From the human T2T-CHM13v2.0 reference genome, Homo sapiens, in NCBI RefSeq assembly GCF_009914755.1, contig NC_060943.1: a stretch of 64,000 bases of DNA. The stretch is one strand, 5' to 3'. Below the pieces are notes generated by a model that ran no database searches, was not told the origin of the DNA, and worked only from the letters and a program-made list of their open reading frames with translations. Each line of letters starts with the position of its first letter. Position 1 is the first letter of the stretch. Position numbers and translations under genes: made by a program. Shown in pieces: positions 17,978 to 29,808 of this stretch.

Positions 17978-18515
17978 TGTCACTGGAAAAGGGGTCTCGA
18001 TCCAGACCCCAAGAGGGTTCTTGGATCTTGTTCAGGAAGGAATTTAAGATGTGTCGCAGAGTGCAGTGAAAGATGCAAGTTTATTAGAAGCTACACCATT
18101 AGTGAGCAGGAGGCCCTCAGAAAACAAGAGGAGGAATGCACTGGCTTTAAGTTTTTCTTATATAGGGGTCTTATCTATGAAAAAACTAAGCTAAGCTGGG
18201 TCTATGTGTGGGTGAGCAGGCAGAATAAAAAAAATTATTACAGTATTCATTTAAACTAACCTGGACATTCCAGTGTGTAAGTACATCAAAACATAGCTAT
18301 TATCTTCAAAGCATATATTGTTACGGGTATTGGGACATCTGGACTCTGCACTGTTGTAGGAGTGTCCCTGTAGGTATCTTTAGGCTGTTTCCTCAACTAT
18401 AAACACCCCATGACTATGGGCCATGACCGACAAGGAATGTGCTTTGCTAGTCTCAAAATGGAACTATACTTAAAATGGCATCCTCTGGCTCTCTTATACT
18501 CCTGCTTCCCTAACG
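17978..18515 (-). mobile_element. ERV1 MER4-group solo LTR (MER66-like)
   Basis: 'tgtcactggaaaaggggtctcgatccagacccc' ... 'ctcctgcttccctaac'. Confidence 0.6.
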
Positions 18516-20245
18516 ATGGGGCATTCACAAGTTAGGGGTTTAACTTCACAGGAATGCTTTTTATGAGATGGCCAGACATAGCTATTGAAACAAAAGGACT
18601 AGCCCTCCATTTAAAGTTCTTCTCACCTATGCCCTGAGTCACATCTAGTCCTTTAATGTTGGCCCTCTCTCCACTCATGAACTTAACTCATATTCCAAAT
18701 ATCTGAGGACTCATAATGGGAAACCACCATAATTCTTCCAGTGAGATCATGAGGAAAAGCAGAAACAATGAAGAATCCCTATGTAAGCTTTTCTGGATGG
18801 ACTGAGCAGGGACTTTATGTCTTAAGTGTGGTTTAAAGTGGTTCCAAAGTGGCAGGGATCCTGGTCTTGTCTGAAAGGAAATTATATAATCTCTAGAAGA
18901 GAAAGGCACTTTCATCTAAGGATATGGGAAAGCTACATGAAATCTCTTTTCAAGGACAAAGATAACCAACAAAAAAGGAAGCAAAGCAAACTGATTGAAG
19001 AATTTGGAAATAAACATCCAAACGGGCCCACAAAATCTTCAGTTATTGTTATTATCAGATACATATTATGAAGCAACTATACCTACCATGTTAAAAAAGT
19101 TTGGAAAATTGAAATTAAAATGTCCTGGAGAGATAATTATGAATGGGCAATAGATCGGAATAAATTATCCAGAATGCAACACAGAGATTGAAGGATGAAA
19201 ATCACAGAGAATTTAAGACACCTGGAGGATAGAGGGGTAACACCTGCCTCATAACGAATTGGGGTTCTCAAAGCAGAGAAACAATGGTGAAGAGGCAATA
19301 TATGGGAGAGGAAGAGTTTGCTGATTACCAGAGATGACACATCACAGATTCAAGTTGTTCAGCAAATCCCAAGCAGGAAAGAATTTAAGAATTTCATAAC
19401 CAGAAACATTATGCCAAACTCCAGAAAACACATTCAGTTACTATTTCAGTTGAAAGCCCAGGATTCTAAGTGGGAAACGATCTTAATAACCTAGTCACTG
19501 CACTATCTCACTATCTCCTTAAACCTCATTTTTTCCTATGTCTCTTGCATTTTAATATTAAAAAGGTCATCATTCCAAAAGAACTTGACCAAAAGACCTG
19601 CAATTCTCAGAGAAGGGAATACTAAGACCAATAGACATTCAAAAAGATTCTCAATCTCATTAACAATTAAAAAATGCAACTTTAAGCCACAGTGAGTTAC
19701 TATTTCACACCTAGTAGATTATTAAACTTTTAAAGTTTCACAAAGAGAGTGTTGGCAGTAAGAGTTGGCAAGCAAAATAACCATAAACTCTGGTAGGAGT
19801 GAAAATTGGTACAACTTTGGAAAACAATTCATGATTGTATAGTAAAATCATAGATGGAAACATGCTTTGCACAATCCAGTCTTTCCTTATTACATACTCT
19901 AAGCCTTGAGAGGAAGCCAGCTGATGCCAGTGTTTTTTAAAACTGTGGCTGCTATAGGAATTCACAACCACACCCACAGGATACACCAAGGTAGAACTGT
20001 CAGAGGTGTTTAAACCAGAGCGACTCCATCTTGAATAGGGCCTGGGTAAAATGAGGCTGAGACCTACTTCCCAGACACTTAAGGCATTCTAAGTCACAGG
20101 ATAACATTGGAAGTCGGCACAAGCTACAGGTCAGGTCATAAAGGCCTTGCTGGTTAAACAAATTGCAGTAAAGAAGCCGGCCAAAACCCACCAAAATCAA
20201 GATGGCGAGGAGACTGACCTTTGGTGTCCTCACTGCTGCTTGTTA

Positions 20246-20886
20246 TGTGTCCGGAATTGGTTCCTTCTGGTGGGTTCCTGGTCTGGCTGGCTTCAGGAGT
20301 GAAGCTGCAGACCCTCGCGGTGTGTGTTACAGCTCATAAAGGCGGTGCGTCTGGAGTCGTGCTGGAGTTGTTTGTTCCTCCCGGTGGGTTCATGATTTCG
20401 CTGGCTTCAGGAGTGAAGCTGCAGACCTTCACAGTGAGTGTTACAGCTCCTAAAGACGGCGTGTCTGGAGTTGTTCGTTCCTCCCAGTGGGTTTGTGGTC
20501 TCGCTGGCTTCAAGAGTGAAGCTGCAGATCTTCAGGGTGAGTGTTGCAGCTCATAAAGGTAGTGCAGACCCAAAGAGCAAAAGAACAAACATCCCACACC
20601 TGGGAAGTAGACCCCAGCGCGGTTGCCGCTGGTTGTTCGGGTGGCCCGTTTTTATTCCCTTATTTGGCCCCGCCCACATCCTGCTGATTTGTCCATTTTA
20701 CAGAGCGCTGATTGGTCTATTTTACAGAGTGCTGTTTGGTCCGTTTTTACAGAGTGCTGACTGGTGCATTTACAAACCTTTAGCTAGACACAGAGCACTG
20801 ATTGGTGTATTTACAATCCTTCAGCTATACAGAAAAGTTCTCCAAGGCCCCACCTGATCCAGAAGCCCAGCTGGCTTCACCTCTCG
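20246..20886 (-). mobile_element. LTR12-family solo LTR nested in MER41
   Basis: 'tgtgtccggaattgg...cagctggcttcacctctc' with TSD GTTA (20242-20245, 20887-20890). Confidence 0.9.
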
Positions 20887-21040
20887 GTTATATGCTAATT
20901 ATATGCATTAGCACGCTAAGAGAAACGCTCATCAGTGCCATGGCAATTTACAAATGCCATGGTAAGGTTCAGAAGTTACCCTGTATGGTTCAAAAAGCTG
21001 GGAAGCCCTCAGCTCCGAGAAATTGAAATTGCCCACCTCT

Positions 21041-21049
21041 TTCCTGGAA
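21041..21049. promoter_or_regulatory. GAS (STAT1-type) motif TTCCTGGAA within MER41
   Basis: Matches TTCCNGGAA; a degenerate partner CTCCGAGAA lies at 21013-21021. Confidence 0.6.
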
Positions 21050-21779
21050 AACTCATGAATAATCCACCCTTGTTTAGCACATCATCAAGCAATAAATACA
21101 AGTATCCCTAGTCCAGCAGCCCAAGCTGCTGCTCTAACAATGGAGTACCCATTGTTTCTTTACTTTCTTAATACACTTGCTTTGGCTTTGCACTGTGCTC
21201 TCCCATGGATTTTTTCTTGCGTGAGCTCTAAGAACTCTCTCTTGGGGTCGGATCCGGACCCCTTTCTGGTAACAGAAGCACTGCTTCACGAAGATCATGC
21301 AGGTCAGTACTTAATAAGTACAAAAAAGTCTATAGCGACACTATTTATAATTTTAAAAATGATTGAAGTCAATTAACATTTAAGTGTTAAAAAGAAAGTA
21401 AACAACCCAAATATACACAAACAGTAGACTGCTCTGGCTTGCATACAGAGAGGTCCATTGCCCTTTTGGGTGGGCCTAAGAAGCACTTCTGGGGAGAGGG
21501 GGCGTCAGGCTGTGATGGCTGCGGGAGGAGTGACTCCTCCCAGGATGAGGGTCTCCATCCTCCCAGTGCTCACTCAAGTTCAGTATTTCCAAGTCCTTCC
21601 AGGGGCGTAACGCACGTCAGAACGGCCATTAGTGTCACAGATACGTGTCCCCTTGCATTTCCAGGAAATGCCCTTGGTTGGCGAACTACAGTCGTGACAG
21701 TCGGGCCACAGGGCGTTTTGTGAGTTATCGTCTTGGGCAAATGAGTGCCAAAAAAAAAAAAAAAAAGACCTGAAGGTGA

Positions 21780-22670
21780 ACAGCATAGCGGCAGGGTTTG
21801 GGATGAGAGGAGCCCCTTTGCTAGCAACGGCGAGCACTTGCGCGGTACCAGCAGGGGCTGCCCATGTCTCGGAGGGAAACGTTTGTGTGAGCGCAGGAAT
21901 GACCCGGAAGACCTTGGCACGGCTGCAGTTTTCTGGGAAATGTAATTTCTTGGTCCGGGCGCCATGGCCCTTATAAGTAGAGGGTGTCCCTTGGTTTCGA
22001 GTTGTATCGTTCACCAGAGGACGACTGTGTGCCCCAGGACAATTTGCGCATGGTCCTAGCTGGCCGGCTCTAGGTCGACGGCCCCAGGCGGTTAAGCTAC
22101 TTACAAACCCGTGACCGGTTTGCCCGCGGCGCACCAGGTCCGCGCAGCCGCAGAGACCCTTGGGAAGTGTGGTCTTCGGGTGCCGGCGGTTCGCGGCTTC
22201 CGGGACATTTGTACCGCAGGGGGAGGATTCTGGGAAATGTGGTTCGCCGTGGGCGGTGCACTGGGTCAGTCCCGCGATAGCTTCAGGCCTGGCGGCGGCT
22301 TCCAAGCTAAGGAACGGTTTGGGGCAGTGTCGTTCCCGGAGGTCGGCCGCCGTTACCCGCTCACCAGCTACGCGGCGCGTCAGGTCCGCGGAGGCGCGGG
22401 CTCGGGGCGCCTGCGGGACGGTGAGGCCCTGCTGAGGACTCCGGCAAGTGTGGGTCGCGGCGACGGCGGGGCTAAGGCCCTGGGTCCGCGCGCGGTTTGA
22501 CCACGGCCGGGGCCTTGGGCATTTCCTGGCCTTCCTGTTGAGCCGTGTAAACGCGGGGTGATGACGGCGCCGACCTCTTGGCACTGTTGTGAGAGCGAAG
22601 TGGGCGCGAGAGCAGACGCCAGCTACAGTTTTTTTGGGTTATGTCGTCATGAAGCCGGCGCTTTCAGTTG
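21780..22670. promoter_or_regulatory. ZNF302: CpG-island promoter and non-coding first exon of ZNF302
   Basis: High GC and CpG content; ZNF143/THAP11-like motifs (reverse of ACTACAnnTCCCAG) at ~21931, ~22158, ~22228; ETS cores CCGGAAG at ~21904 and ~22197. Exact exon-1 limits not determinable. Confidence 0.85.
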
Positions 22671-22737
22671 TGCAACCTTGAACAAATGGGTTCAGTATCT
22701 CGGAATTTCAGTTTTGTCTTCATTTTAAAAAATAAAT

Positions 22738-23037
22738 CTGGTTTAGAACTCGACCTCAAGCGATCCGCCCGCCTCCGCCTTCCGAAGTGCTGGGATTAAA
22801 GGCGTAAGCCACCGCACCAGCCTAACGAACATGGCGAAACGCCGTCTCTACTAAAAATACAAAAAAAAATTAGCTGGGCGTGGTGGCACGTGTCTATAAT
22901 CCCAGCTATTCGAGAGGTTGAGGTAGGAGAATCGCTTCAACCCGGGAGGCAGAGGTTGCAGTGAGTCGAGGTCGCTCCATTGCACTCCAGCCTGGAGACA
23001 GAACGAGACTCCGTCTCAAAAAAAAAAAAAAAAAAAA
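22738..23037 (+). mobile_element. Alu with inverted 5' segment
   Basis: 22738-22822 is the reverse complement of the Alu 5' ~85 nt; 22816-23037 is the forward remainder plus A-tail; flanking duplication AAATCTGG. Confidence 0.85.
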
Positions 23038-23391
23038 TCTGGAATAATATGAATGCACACCTTGCAAAGTGGTGAAGACTGAACGAGCTGATGAAGTTGT
23101 TACCGTTGTTTTATGAGTCTTTTGTATACAGAATAATTGATTTTCCCCGCAGGTGGCACCTGGTAAATAGCCCTTGCGGAGAAACACCCTGTTCCTTCCC
23201 AGGGAGAGATTGACGCTCCGGCGAGTGATTACCAGTGTGCTTTTCCATTAAGGTGTGTGACAGGTGCCGCAAGATAAGCCCGATTTTTCATGACTGCTTT
23301 TTCCTGCCTTTCTGTGCCCTCAGGACACTGCCCATCTCTAAGATAAGAACCTGGAAAGGGGACTCTGTTGGCCATTGGAAATTGCAGAATA

Positions 23392-23400
23392 ATGTCTCAG
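23392..23400 (+). CDS. ZNF302: ZNF302 first coding exon (MSQ); whole exon 23324-23400
   Basis: Pyrimidine-tract CAG acceptor ending at 23323; ATG TCT CAG followed by GTAAGT donor. Confidence 0.88.
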
Positions 23401-24910
23401 GTAAGTCGGTGTGTCCCCAAATCTTCCTGAAACACTTTATTAGGCCTCTGTGTGTTTGCTTTGCTTCTCCTGCCTGTTCCCACCTAATCAAGTCCATTTA
23501 AGGGACTAGATCTATGGTTCCTTTCACTATAGGAAGAATGGAGCCCACAGGAGAGCTCCAAGGTATTGTCCTCATCACCCAGTGTTCCTCTTTTCTACAG
23601 TTTTCTGCTAGAAGACTTTCTAGATTGCCAACATTTTAAAACTGTAATTCACAATGCAACTTTGGAATGTAAGGTTATTCGGTTTATGGTTGTCAAAACT
23701 GTACCATGTGGTCTCAAGTGAAGAGATGTTTGGAGTCATCCTTGATTCTTCCTTTTGACTTATAACTCATATTCAGGTCCTCTAGTTTGGATCTAAACGA
23801 TACACCGTATACAGCATCTGACCATTAGTTAGCCCATCACCACCACCACCACTACCACCCCAGTCCGAGCCACCTGGATTATTGCGGTAGCCTCCTAGCT
23901 GGATTCCCAGCATCTGCCCTTAACCCTCATCAGTCTGTTCTCAGTACAGCTGTGACCATGGTCCTATTGTTATATAAATTCCTGTCATTCCGCAACCTAA
24001 AATTTTTCAGTGGTTCTAACTGAGTCACTTCTGCAATGACCTATTTGTACAATTAGGCCATTACCTCCCTGATCCCACCTTCCTTCTCTGCCTCCTCATT
24101 CCTGTGCGCTCCAGCCTCTGTCACCAGTTGCTGTGCCATCCACGTGGAATATTCTTCCCCCACATACGCACAAGCTTGCATCCTTATCTCCTTCTGTGTT
24201 TGTTCCGTGGTTACTTTCTCAGAACAGCTTCCCTGAAAGCCTATTTGCAATTGCAGTCACCTTCCCTAGCGCTTCCACTCCTCCATCACTGCTTTGTTGT
24301 TTTCCACAGTGTGTGTCACTCACTAGCTGATGTACTGTATGTTCAGTATATGCACGTGCTCATTGTCTGTTCCTGGTGGGAGGAATGCTTTTTCTTCTTT
24401 GTTGACTGTTATAGCGTCAGTACCCAGAGTGTTACCTGGCACCAAATGGATGCTTAGTAAGTAATTGTGGAGTGAATAAGATGAGTAATGAAGAACTGGT
24501 GGGGCAGAATCATGGCATGGAAGGTGAAGCTTGCACAGGAGGGGATGTAAGTAGCAGATGTACATCTTGGGTGAAGTCTGTTTTCATGGAATAATTAAGA
24601 TAATTAGAATTGAAAAACTGGTGTGGTAGTGCATGCCTGTTGTCCCAGTTACTCGGGAGGCTGATGAGGTAGGAAGATTTCTTGAGCCCTCTGGTGTAAG
24701 CCTGTAGTGAGCTATGATTATGTCACTGCACTCCAGCTTGGTGACAGAGCAAGAACCTGCCTCTTGAAAGAAAAAACAAAGTAAAGGCTAAAGTGAACTA
24801 ATGCCAAAACCATTCATTGGTTCATCTTCTAAACACTTATGAAGTACCTGTTAGGAAGAGTTGTACATGGATTTTGGTGTACACTGACACACAGGACTTC
24901 ATGATCTAGT

Positions 24911-25138
24911 GCAGTATTGTCTAAGAGAACTTTCTGCAGTGGTGGAAGTGCTGTGCATGTGTACTGATCAGTACGGTAGCCAACAGCCCCATCTGACTAT
25001 TGAGTACTTGAACTGTGGCTTAAGCAATGGAGAAAATAAATTTTAAATTTTATTTAATTATTTTATTTTTACATTTTAATTAATTTAAATGTTGTAGCCA
25101 AGTTGGCTAGTGGCTCCTGTATTGAAGATTGTGGCACT
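24911..25138. mobile_element. MER3 hAT-Charlie fossil
   Basis: 'agaactttctgcagtggtggaagtg...gtagcca...tgagtacttgaactgtggct'. Confidence 0.6.
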
Positions 25139-26041
25139 GGTAGAAAAGTAAGAAAGCATGGGAAATTTAAATAAGTGCTAGGATAGATATCCTATGTTCT
25201 TTTGGGAACTGAGATGAGTGAACATCTCAAGCTGCCCAGGCAACTGAAGGGGAAGAAAGAAGCATCCCTGGCTCTAAGTTGTAATGACTGGTTTGTCAAA
25301 GATATGAGAAATGTTATTTTTATTTGGGATATAGGCAATTAACACAGTGGCAACTCCAATTAACAGGTGAATTTAGAAGAAATTTTGTGTAGCAAATTGA
25401 ACTGTCAAATCTTACTTGAGGATAAGTTATTGTTTATTTGGAAAATGTGTGTTGGATTGTATCTGCTTGCCTATATAAAAAGATGAGATTTCTTCCTGTC
25501 CTTTTCATCTCAATAGTGGATCGCTTGTGAAGTGCATCAAGGTCTGATTTAGCTTATTCAGTAATAAAACTGCTTTCTTTTTTTTTCTACATTTGTGGAG
25601 AGGATTTTCTGCCATTGGAAGGCGATTCGAATTTTAATTATTTTCTCCAAACCTGAGAAAAGTAAATTCTGCCTTTAAAACCAAAGATCCATGTCACTGG
25701 TGAACATGCATGCAAAATATCCAAATAAAGTAATACAATACTGAATGAACTCTCAGAGCTAAAAAATTACCACAGTAGAGCAGTCTGTTTTACAAATCAC
25801 AGACAGTAATAACTCTGTATTAAATGGCTGTACTTTTTGCACATATTATAATTTGACTAGCCAATAAGCTATTATTGAATATTTAAACTTCTAAAGTTTT
25901 ACTATTTTAAATAATACTGTGAAATGAGTACTATTGAGAAGAATTTCTAAGCACATCTGTGAGCATTTCCTTAGAATATTTTCTTTGAAATCTACTCTTA
26001 TTTTTTTCCCCTTCCAGGTCCTATTTAAGGACTGTCTATGG

Positions 26042-26379
26042 CAGGAGTCCTCAACCTTTTTGACACCAGGGATCAGTTTCGTGGAAGACAATTTTTCCAC
26101 GGAAGTGGGAGGTGGTGGAGGTGATGGTTTGGGGATGAAACCGTTCTACCTCAGATCATCAGGCATTAGATTGACATAAGGAGTGTGCAACTTCGATCCC
26201 TTGCATGTGCAGTTCACAGTAGGGATTGCGCTCCTGTAAGAATCTATGCTATAGCTGATCTGACAGCAGGTGGAGCTCGGGTGATAATGCTCTTTCCTGC
26301 CACTCACCTCCTGCTGTGTTGCCCGGTTCCTAAAGGCCACAGACCAGTACCAGTCCGTGGCCCAGGTGTTAGACCCCTG
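26042..26379. mobile_element. MER1B hAT-Charlie fossil
   Basis: CAGG...CCTG termini; 'gtttcgtggaagacaatttttccacgg'. Confidence 0.8.
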
Positions 26380-26512
26380 ATCTATGACATGAAACCATCC
26401 TTCAGTCTTTTCACCCAGGAGTCTCATATTTTAATTATTAAATGTTTGTCAGCACGAAGTTTAAGTATACACCACAAATATATTTTTCTTTTTTGTTTAT
26501 GAATCAGTTATG

Positions 26513-26880
26513 TGTATGTTTTAGTCCATTTGTGCTGCTGTAACAAATACCCCAGACTGAGTAGTTTATAAATAATGAAAATTGACTTCTCATGGTTTTG
26601 GTGCCTGGGAAGTCCAAGATCAAGAGGCAGGCATCTGGCAAGGGCCTTCTTGCTGTGTCCTTTTGTGGTGGATGGGCAAAGAGACGAGAGAGAGGCAAAG
26701 GGGGGCCAGAACTCATTTTTTTAAATAAGGAACCCTCTTCCCTGATGATGACATTAATCCATTCATGAGGGCAGAGTCCTCAAGGCCCAATAGTCTCCTA
26801 AAGATCTAACCTCTCAATACTATTAGAATGGTGATTAAGTTCAATACATGCTTTTTTGGGGAACATAATCAAACCATATG
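26513..26880 (-). mobile_element. MLT1A0-like MaLR LTR
   Basis: 'ttagtccatttgtgctgctgtaacaaatacc...ggaagtccaagatcaag'. Confidence 0.7.
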
Positions 26881-27345
26881 TCTATCAGTCTTTAATATTA
26901 AGATGTCTTTTTTTTCTGAACCCATTTTTTGTGAGATTTAGTGAATCTTTCTGAGTATCATATTTGAGAGACAATTGCTTTAGCCTTATTTTTAATTACT
27001 TAGCTAGCATGTAAGCTATAAAAGATATAACTAAATACTTGACTCTGTGCTGTCAAATGTCAAATGTTGATTTTTAAAAATTCATATAATTCTAAACTTT
27101 TAACAAAATTACTGAAGCAAAGCTCTCATATTTGTCTCTCATTCTTATTGTATAAAAATTCTAAGCACATAACTGTCCCCTTTATTGTATAATTCCAACT
27201 ACATAACTGTCCTATTATTACTTACCAGACATCACATTCCCAGTCATTGTCACAGCTCCTGAATCTTGTTCCATTTCTTCCACAAGCAGGCTAATTTTAC
27301 CCCTTCTTCAGTGACAGAAGAGGCCTGGGCTATGGCTGAGCCTAA

Positions 27346-27537
<192 letters not shown>

Positions 27538-27741
27538 TGAATTGCTGGAGATTCTCCTAAGTAAATGGCTGAATTTCTGTACCATGCTCCCGAGGAAATG
27601 TGCAGCTCTGTTGTGCCCTGCCTAAAGCTTATCTTTCCATTTCAGTGAACACCCTTCATCCATTCCTGTGGTCCCTCTTGTGATGGCCTCTCATAATAGA
27701 GGACCACAGCTTAAACAATTCTATATTTTTCCTGTAAGCAG

Positions 27742-27825
27742 GTCTTTCCGTAACTAAGCCATATGTGATCATGTTATTGGAGGATGGAAAAGAGCCCTGG
27801 ATGATGGAGAAAAAACTGTCAAAAG
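27742..27825 (+). CDS. ZNF302: ZNF302 KRAB-B exon
   Basis: (G)LSVTKPYVIMLLEDGKEPWMMEKKLSK; NAGNAG acceptor AAGCAG; donor GTATGA at 27826. Confidence 0.9.
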
Positions 27826-28754
27826 GTATGATTCCACATGAGTCATGGTGAACGAGACAAAGGAAGATTTTGTTAAAGATGTTTATAGTGAGTGTGGAAG
27901 CATTTTAGGGATACTGTCTTCAAAGATCTCAGATAGAAATGAAAAATTGAGGGATATTTAGCTTAGATTTTCAAAACAATTGTTCCTCCCTCTCAAATTA
28001 TTATCTGTATCACTCATGTCACCTAATCAAGGTTAGAGGTTTTTGCCATCATAATAATTCAAATTGTTACTATATTCATGACAAAGTAAGACAATTTATT
28101 CTTTCTTAATTCTACTTAAGAAAAATATACTAATAGTTTTAAGCTAAGAAAAGCTGTCAGTTAGATGGAAAATCACTTTTCTAAAGCTGAGCTTTGTAGA
28201 TGAAATATGAACATATTAGAGGAAGTAAGGGACATATAAATGTTTCTAGGAATAATATTTTCTAATGTTCAAGAAAAATATGATTCACACAGTTTCTTCA
28301 TAACCTCAGAAAGCCTATATCTTTGTCAGCTATAAAGAGCATTTACTTTGTTTTTACTGCAGTTGTTTAATATAGTAGTATCAATTCTGTATTTTAAGCT
28401 TGATAATCCAGCAGCAAATTGAGATTAATGGAAGGTTGGAAAAAAAGGCTATGAAACAAAATGCAACCTTTCCCACATGAATATAGGCACAAAATGATGA
28501 TTTGTAATCCTGAATGCCTTCCACATCTTATTTCTGATACTTTCCTTTTTTCCATACTATTTTATCCATTTCGTACAGCTTACCCATTTCCTTTATCACA
28601 CTCTGTTCCTGCTTCTGTGAACTTTGGATTCTCTGCTCTATTTGAGCATTGTTCAGAAGTCACTGAAATATTTGAGTTGTCAGAACTATGTGTTTTCTGG
28701 GTGCTTCATTTCTTATCCAATTCTCCTAATTCCACTGTAGAAGCTTTTTTCAAG

Positions 28755-28758
<4 letters not shown>

Positions 28759-28791
<33 letters not shown>
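28759..28791. repeat. Poly(A)33 homopolymer just upstream of the last-exon acceptor
   Basis: Read directly from the sequence. Confidence 0.95.
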
Positions 28792-28795
<4 letters not shown>

Positions 28796-28822
28796 GTGCT
28801 TTGCTTTCTTGATATATTTCAG

Positions 28823-29808
28823 ATTGGGAATCAAGATGGGAAAACAAGGAATTATCAACAAAGAAGGATATTTATGATGAAGATTCACCCCAACCAGTAA
28901 CAATGGAAAAAGTTGTAAAACAAAGTTATGAATTTTCAAATTCTAATAAGAATTTGGAATATACAGAATGCGACACATTTAGAAGCACCTTTCATTCAAA
29001 GTCTACTCTTTCTGAACCACAAAACAATTCTGCTGAAGGGAATTCACACAAATATGATATATTAAAGAAGAATTTATCAAAAAAGTCAGTTATAAAAAGT
29101 GAGAGAATAAATGGTGGAAAGAAACTTTTAAATTCTAATAAAAGTGGGGCAGCCTTCAACCAGAGCAAATCTCTTACCCTTCCCCAGACTTGTAATAGAG
29201 AGAAAATCTATACATGCAGTGAATGTGGGAAAGCCTTTGGCAAACAGTCAATCCTCAGTCGCCACTGGAGAATTCATACAGGAGAGAAGCCCTATGAATG
29301 TCGTGAATGTGGGAAGACTTTTAGCCATGGTTCATCCCTTACACGACATCAGATAAGCCATAGTGGAGAGAAACCTTACAAATGCATTGAATGTGGGAAG
29401 GCCTTTAGCCATGGCTCATCACTTACTAACCATCAGAGCACTCACACGGGAGAGAAACCGTATGAATGTATGAACTGTGGAAAGTCTTTTAGTCGTGTGT
29501 CCCTTCTCATTCAGCATCTAAGAATTCATACGCAAGAAAAACACTATGAGTGTCGTATATGTGGAAAGGCCTTCATTCATAGTTCGTCTCTCATTCACCA
29601 TCAGAAAAGCCATACTGGAGAGAAGCCTTATGAATGTAGAGAATGTGGGAAAGCTTTCTGCTGTAGCTCACACCTTACTCAACATCAAAGAATTCACAGT
29701 ATGAAGAAAAAATATGAATGCAACAAATGTCTCAAGGTCTTTAGTAGCTTCTCATTTCTTGTTCAACATCAGAGTATTCATACTGAAGAAAAACCGTTTG
29801 AAGTTTAG
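28823..29808 (+). CDS. ZNF302: ZNF302 spacer plus 7 C2H2 zinc fingers (last exon)
   Basis: TTTCAG acceptor; (D)WESRWENKELSTKK... is in frame with ORF 28903..29808; seven CxxC-12-HxxxH fingers with TGEKPY-type linkers; ends EKPFEV*. Spliced protein is 399 aa, consistent with recalled ZNF302. Confidence 0.95.

Larger units (their letters stand above)
19998..21274 (+). mobile_element. MER41 (MER41B-like) solo LTR, split by an LTR12
   Basis: Starts 'tgtcagaggtgtttaaaccagagcgactccatcttgaatagg', ends 'ggacccctttctggtaaca'; imperfect TSD GAAC/GAAG. Confidence 0.85.

Noticed and set aside
21580-22584. 334-aa minus-strand ORF over the CpG island
   Set aside because: Non-ATG start, Arg/Pro/Ala-rich, no recognisable domain; expected by chance in GC-rich, stop-poor DNA.
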